A stretch of DNA of 28,535 bases from a virus. Positions 25,310 through 28,535 of this stretch are shown in pieces. The stretch lies in the UHGV virus genome UHGV-0260790, one strand, 5' to 3'. Within the stretch, counting starts at the first letter, position 1. Every line of letters starts with the position of its first letter. The translations under genes and the position numbers were made by a program. The notes beneath the pieces are model-generated. The model saw nothing but the letters and a program-made list of their open reading frames with translations, had not been told where the DNA came from and searched no databases.

Positions 25310-25693
25310 TTAATTAGAGTTATTAACAACGATATCCATCTCTAACCGGATATCTAATGCCATTAACATCCCTTCAATTATGCCCTCAGCCTTTTGTAAC
25401 CTTTTCCCGATATAACCATCAGAGCAGCAATGCTTACCTGCCAGTGACATGAATGTCATACCGACTACATAATAATCTACTAATAAATCGTGCAAATCGC
25501 TGTTGTTCTTTTTCAGACGGGCCATGCACCCGCAAATGATCATCGCGTCATCGTCACAACATTGCGGGCGAGATTTTACTTTTGAAGGAATTAATCCCTT
25601 AAAACCGGCGGCAATGGACGACCAGGTCACATCTTCATGATTATTAGCCGCCCACGCTCCCCAACGCTCAAGAACCATCTGAATATCACGCAT
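25310..25693 (-). CDS. quuD: Late gene antiterminator Q, phage 82 / DLP12 QuuD type
   Basis: 127 aa from [60 protein letters not shown] (Cys-rich zinc-binding region); GGAG RBS 8 nt upstream of the ATG at 25693; the ORF-track start at 25708 is a TTG. Confidence 0.85.
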   Translation of the reverse strand: MRDIQMVLERWGAWAANNHEDVTWSSIAAGFKGLIPSKVKSRPQCCDDDAMIICGCMARLKKNNSDLHDLLVDYYVVGMTFMSLAGKHCCSDGYIGKRLQKAEGIIEGMLMALDIRLEMDIVVNNSN

Positions 25694-25778
25694 CAACTTA
25701 CTCCACAAAAATCAGACCAGAACGCCAATTACAAGCAAAAATCAATAAAACAGTATTAGTTGATTGTTATCTCTGACT

Positions 25779-25916
25779 TCATACTCCTGCTCCTGTCAGG
25801 GTTTTGGCGTAATTCTTCAGTATTCGGTAATCGGTCAAAACAGAACCGGGGAAACGATATAAGCGCAGACGCCCCCAGCGGTGGCGAAGAAGTTCTGCTA
25901 TATTAAACTCAAACAT
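25779..25916 (-). CDS. ylcG: Small nin-region protein YlcG-like
   Basis: 45 aa [48 protein letters not shown] found by manual translation; start overlaps rusA stop (TGATG); below the 60 aa cutoff of the ORF track. Confidence 0.7.
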   Translation of the reverse strand: MFEFNIAELLRHRWGRLRLYRFPGSVLTDYRILKNYAKTLTGAGV

Positions 25917-26278
25917 CATTCATTCCCCATTTCGGTGATGGTCAGTTCCAGCCTCCCACCTTTGGTAACAGGCATCTTCACAACGCGGTAATCAACGACC
26001 TGAGCATCATCCAGCCAGAAACCTGCTTTAGTGAGTGCGTCAAAAGCGGCTTTTTGCAGATTATCCAGGTCACGGCGACGGCGATCCGGCATGTGGCACT
26101 CAATGCGGATTTTCACAGGCATAGCCAGGCCGATATCCAGCATTGCGCTTTTAATGATTCGGGCGACGTTATCGCGGTATGCCTGCCCCTCTGCACTGAC
26201 GTGCGTGCGCCCGCGATTATGGCGGTAATAGCGATTATTGCTCGGAGGCCAGGGTAATGTGATACTGTAGGTATTCAC
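25916..26278 (-). CDS. rusA: Holliday junction resolvase RusA
   Basis: 120 aa [96 protein letters not shown]. Confidence 0.9.
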   Translation of the reverse strand: MNTYSITLPWPPSNNRYYRHNRGRTHVSAEGQAYRDNVARIIKSAMLDIGLAMPVKIRIECHMPDRRRRDLDNLQKAAFDALTKAGFWLDDAQVVDYRVVKMPVTKGGRLELTITEMGNE

Positions 26279-26565
26279 GCCTTAATAACCCCCTCTTTCA
26301 GCCAGATAACCTGTGTTCTCGCCATACCTTCCAGCGCGCATTCTTTTGCATATGCAGCATCGACAAAATGTGTGCGGCGGTCGATTTCGTCGTGGCAGGC
26401 AGAACATGCAATGGTGGCAATCAGGTCTGGCGGTTTGATACCGGTACCGCACAATCCAGCCAGCCGGATATGTGCCAGTACAGACGTTTCAGAATTGCCA
26501 TTACATACGCCAGGGATTCTTACCTGGCATTCCCGACCATGCGCTGCTTTTCTCAAATCAGCCAT
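26275..26565 (-). CDS. ybcO: YbcO-like nin-region protein (DUF1364, putative nuclease)
   Basis: 96 aa from [64 protein letters not shown]; start overlaps ninE 3' end; the ORF-track start at 26604 is a 13-codon extension. Confidence 0.8.
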   Translation of the reverse strand: MADLRKAAHGRECQVRIPGVCNGNSETSVLAHIRLAGLCGTGIKPPDLIATIACSACHDEIDRRTHFVDAAYAKECALEGMARTQVIWLKEGVIKA

Positions 26566-26728
26566 GACTCCTCCTTGCTGCCAGTCGCAACCATTTTTTA
26601 TCAACCAAGCTGGCGGTATATCCGAGCAGTGTTGGTATTTCGGATGGCTTCAGCTCAGGTTTACGCTTACGACGATTTGGTACTCTGTAGATGTGTCCGT
26701 TCATGACACGAATAAGCGGTGTAGCCAT
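26558..26728 (-). CDS. ninE: NinE-like small protein
   Basis: 56 aa [59 protein letters not shown] found by manual translation; TAATG overlap with ybcN stop. Confidence 0.7.
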   Translation of the reverse strand: MATPLIRVMNGHIYRVPNRRKRKPELKPSEIPTLLGYTASLVDKKWLRLAARRSHG

Positions 26729-27183
26729 TACGCCTCCTGCTTGTCGCGCAGCAGCTGAAACTCGCAGCTCTGTGGAATAGTCAGGTGGCAGCCAATATTC
26801 ATCGCCCAGGCTTCAACCTTACACAGGAAGACATACATCTCTCCGGTATCAAGATCGGAGGTATGGCGTAACGACTGGATAGTAGTGATTTCGCCGGTTA
26901 CGACATCAACCAGGTCCTTGGTTTCATAACCGAGGTATGTGTGTTTGAGAGCATCTTTTACCCATGCTGCGGTAGCGAACGATTTCCCCCTGCTGATGAG
27001 GTATTCACTGATTTCGCTGTACCACATGTGGCTGAGTGCATTCTGGGAAAGACTGCGTTTCTCACGCCACGGTTTAAGCACCATGCGAAAGCATTTGCCC
27101 TCCTCCAGATAAGGCTGGATCTGCCGACCGATAGCGGTGAAGTTACCGCGATGTAATTTGATGCCATCTTGTGGGAGATTCAC
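26728..27183 (-). CDS. ybcN: YbcN-like nin-region protein
   Basis: 151 aa ORF (V/M)[61 protein letters not shown]; GTG start with GGAGGTG RBS 5 nt upstream. Confidence 0.75.
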   Translation of the reverse strand: MNLPQDGIKLHRGNFTAIGRQIQPYLEEGKCFRMVLKPWREKRSLSQNALSHMWYSEISEYLISRGKSFATAAWVKDALKHTYLGYETKDLVDVVTGEITTIQSLRHTSDLDTGEMYVFLCKVEAWAMNIGCHLTIPQSCEFQLLRDKQEA

Positions 27184-27370
27184 GCTTCACCTCCGCAGAG
27201 GTCAAACGCTGGATACAATATATCGCAGGTGCATTTCTGCATCTGTGGAGGGAGAAGAGAGTTTGGATTGTGTGTGCGCATAAACGTCCCCGTTTAGCGC
27301 AGAAGTCACCGGAGTTGTTCAGGCTCCGATGACATGATTATGGCGAGTTGATTATCGCAAATCAAAGGTT

Positions 27371-27727
27371 TTAATTGTGCTTTATTCCTTCAAGCGTTGC
27401 CTTCATACCAACCAAAGAAATGTTTAGCTCTCCAACTTTCTCAGGGCTATATAATTCAGAATGAAGCCAATATTCTGATTTATCTAAACATCTTTTAGCC
27501 AGCTCTCGATCAAAGTCTACGACTTGGGAAGACGCTTCATACCAAAGCCTATAAAGTTTTTCTTCTTCGTTTGGGTTATTAGGCTCACCACGTTTTAATT
27601 TTTCAGTATATAAAATTGTTGAATAAATCGCAGGAGTTAATCCAGTGATTGCCCTCTGCCGCAGATCGGATTTGTTTGTTATCCACCCCAACAGACGATC
27701 TCCCATCCATGTGATAATTGTATCCAT
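27371..27727 (-). CDS. Hypothetical protein, AT-rich orphan ORF (possible moron)
   Basis: 118 aa ORF MDTIITWMGDRLLGWITNKSDLRQRAITGLTPAIYSTILYTEKLKRGEPNNPNEEEKLYRLWYEASSQVVDFDRELAKRCLDKSEYWLHSELYSPEKVGELNISLVGMKATLEGIKHN; GAAGGG RBS 8 nt upstream of ATG; visibly lower GC than flanking genes; no family recognised. Confidence 0.6.
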   Translation of the reverse strand: MDTIITWMGDRLLGWITNKSDLRQRAITGLTPAIYSTILYTEKLKRGEPNNPNEEEKLYRLWYEASSQVVDFDRELAKRCLDKSEYWLHSELYSPEKVGELNISLVGMKATLEGIKHN

Positions 27728-28146
27728 GCTTTAGCCCTTCTTAGTAAATAGTGTGTAGGGCGACTGAAGGACCGAGTTTATGCTTTTTCGCATTGCTTTC
27801 AGTTAGTACACCGGTATCGCACCGGAAACAATCCTACGGCAAATTGGTTGTCTGACCTCTCGGTTTTTCGTGCATTAACCGATACCCACTACAGTCTCGG
27901 CGAAAGCTGCACACCCCCAGGGTGTACTGGTAGCACTCGGCACAGCCTAGCACGCCACTTTCTTCTCACTATCCAGTCTAATTTTATCCCCTAGTCAGAC
28001 ACTCAGATGTAGTGCTCCGCAGCGGCATGCGGGGGAATACAAAAACTCGGACAAAATTGGGCCCTCCTTTTTGAATCACTCGCGGGGATGTAGTTATTAA
28101 TACATGGAAAAAGATCTGTTTTCAAATCCAACATTATATGGTTTCA

Positions 28147-28535
28147 ATACCACGGGGTGGCTATGTGTTTCTCATTGTTAATTGGAATCTACTGTAATCG
28201 ATCCGAACGTAAATGCGGCAAAACTCGACTCCACTTATCATCCTGCCACGGCCGGAATTTTACATGTGCCGTCGGCACAGTTGGTGTGGCGGCCTCAGTC
28301 CGGAACAATTTGAAAACAAGAACCTCGCTTAGGCCTGTGTCCATATTACGTGGGTAGGATCAAATATCCCCAGATACTCAATAAGGCACAGGCAATCCTT
28401 GCCAGAGAAACGGCACATGTAAAATTCCGGCCGTGGCAGGATGATAAGTGGAGTCGAGTTTTGCCGCATTTACGTTCGGATCGATTACAGTAGATTCCAA
28501 TTAACAATGAGAAACACATAGCCACCCCGTGGTAT
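28147..28535. repeat. Perfect 126-nt inverted repeat: arm 28147-28272 pairs with arm 28410-28535, spacer 28273-28409; right arm ends exactly at the window edge and may extend beyond it
   Basis: Reverse complement of 28410-28535 equals 28147-28272 at every position checked; pairing fails at 28273/28409. Confidence 0.9.

Noticed and set aside
28112-28135. TTCAAATCC motif resembling a tRNA T-loop
   Set aside because: Flanking bases cannot form a T-stem or acceptor stem; no cloverleaf could be built.
28157-28357. 66-aa plus-strand ORF
   Set aside because: Lies across the left arm of the 126-nt inverted repeat, has no RBS, and is Cys/Arg-rich junk.

Overview
This window is the late arm of a lambdoid prophage, read almost entirely on the minus strand. 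The packaging, head and tail genes (nu1, A, W, B, C/nu3, D, E, FI, FII, Z, U, V, G/T, H, M, L, K, I, J, lom, start of stf) are lambda-like and keep lambda gene order and protein lengths. Next come the cos site, bor, Rz/Rz1, a phage-21-type SAR endolysin and pinholin, an OmpC-family porin moron on the opposite strand, an 82/DLP12-type Q antiterminator, and the nin-region genes ylcG, rusA, ybcO, ninE and ybcN. All identifications come from reading the six-frame translations against remembered lambda and DLP12 proteins; no database search was run. The main unexplained signal is four fold-back junctions with one shared topology (prefix, then reverse complement of the block, then suffix). One breaks the Z gene, one sits in the S-to-porin intergenic region, and one lies at each window edge (inside stf at the start, in non-coding DNA at the end). 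I cannot tell from sequence alone whether these are real template-switch rearrangements or chimeric amplification/assembly artefacts. Two secondary items are an AT-rich orphan ORF (27371-27727) and an ORF-free stretch of about 420 bp upstream of it. No integrase, attachment site, tRNA, rRNA or CRISPR array was found.
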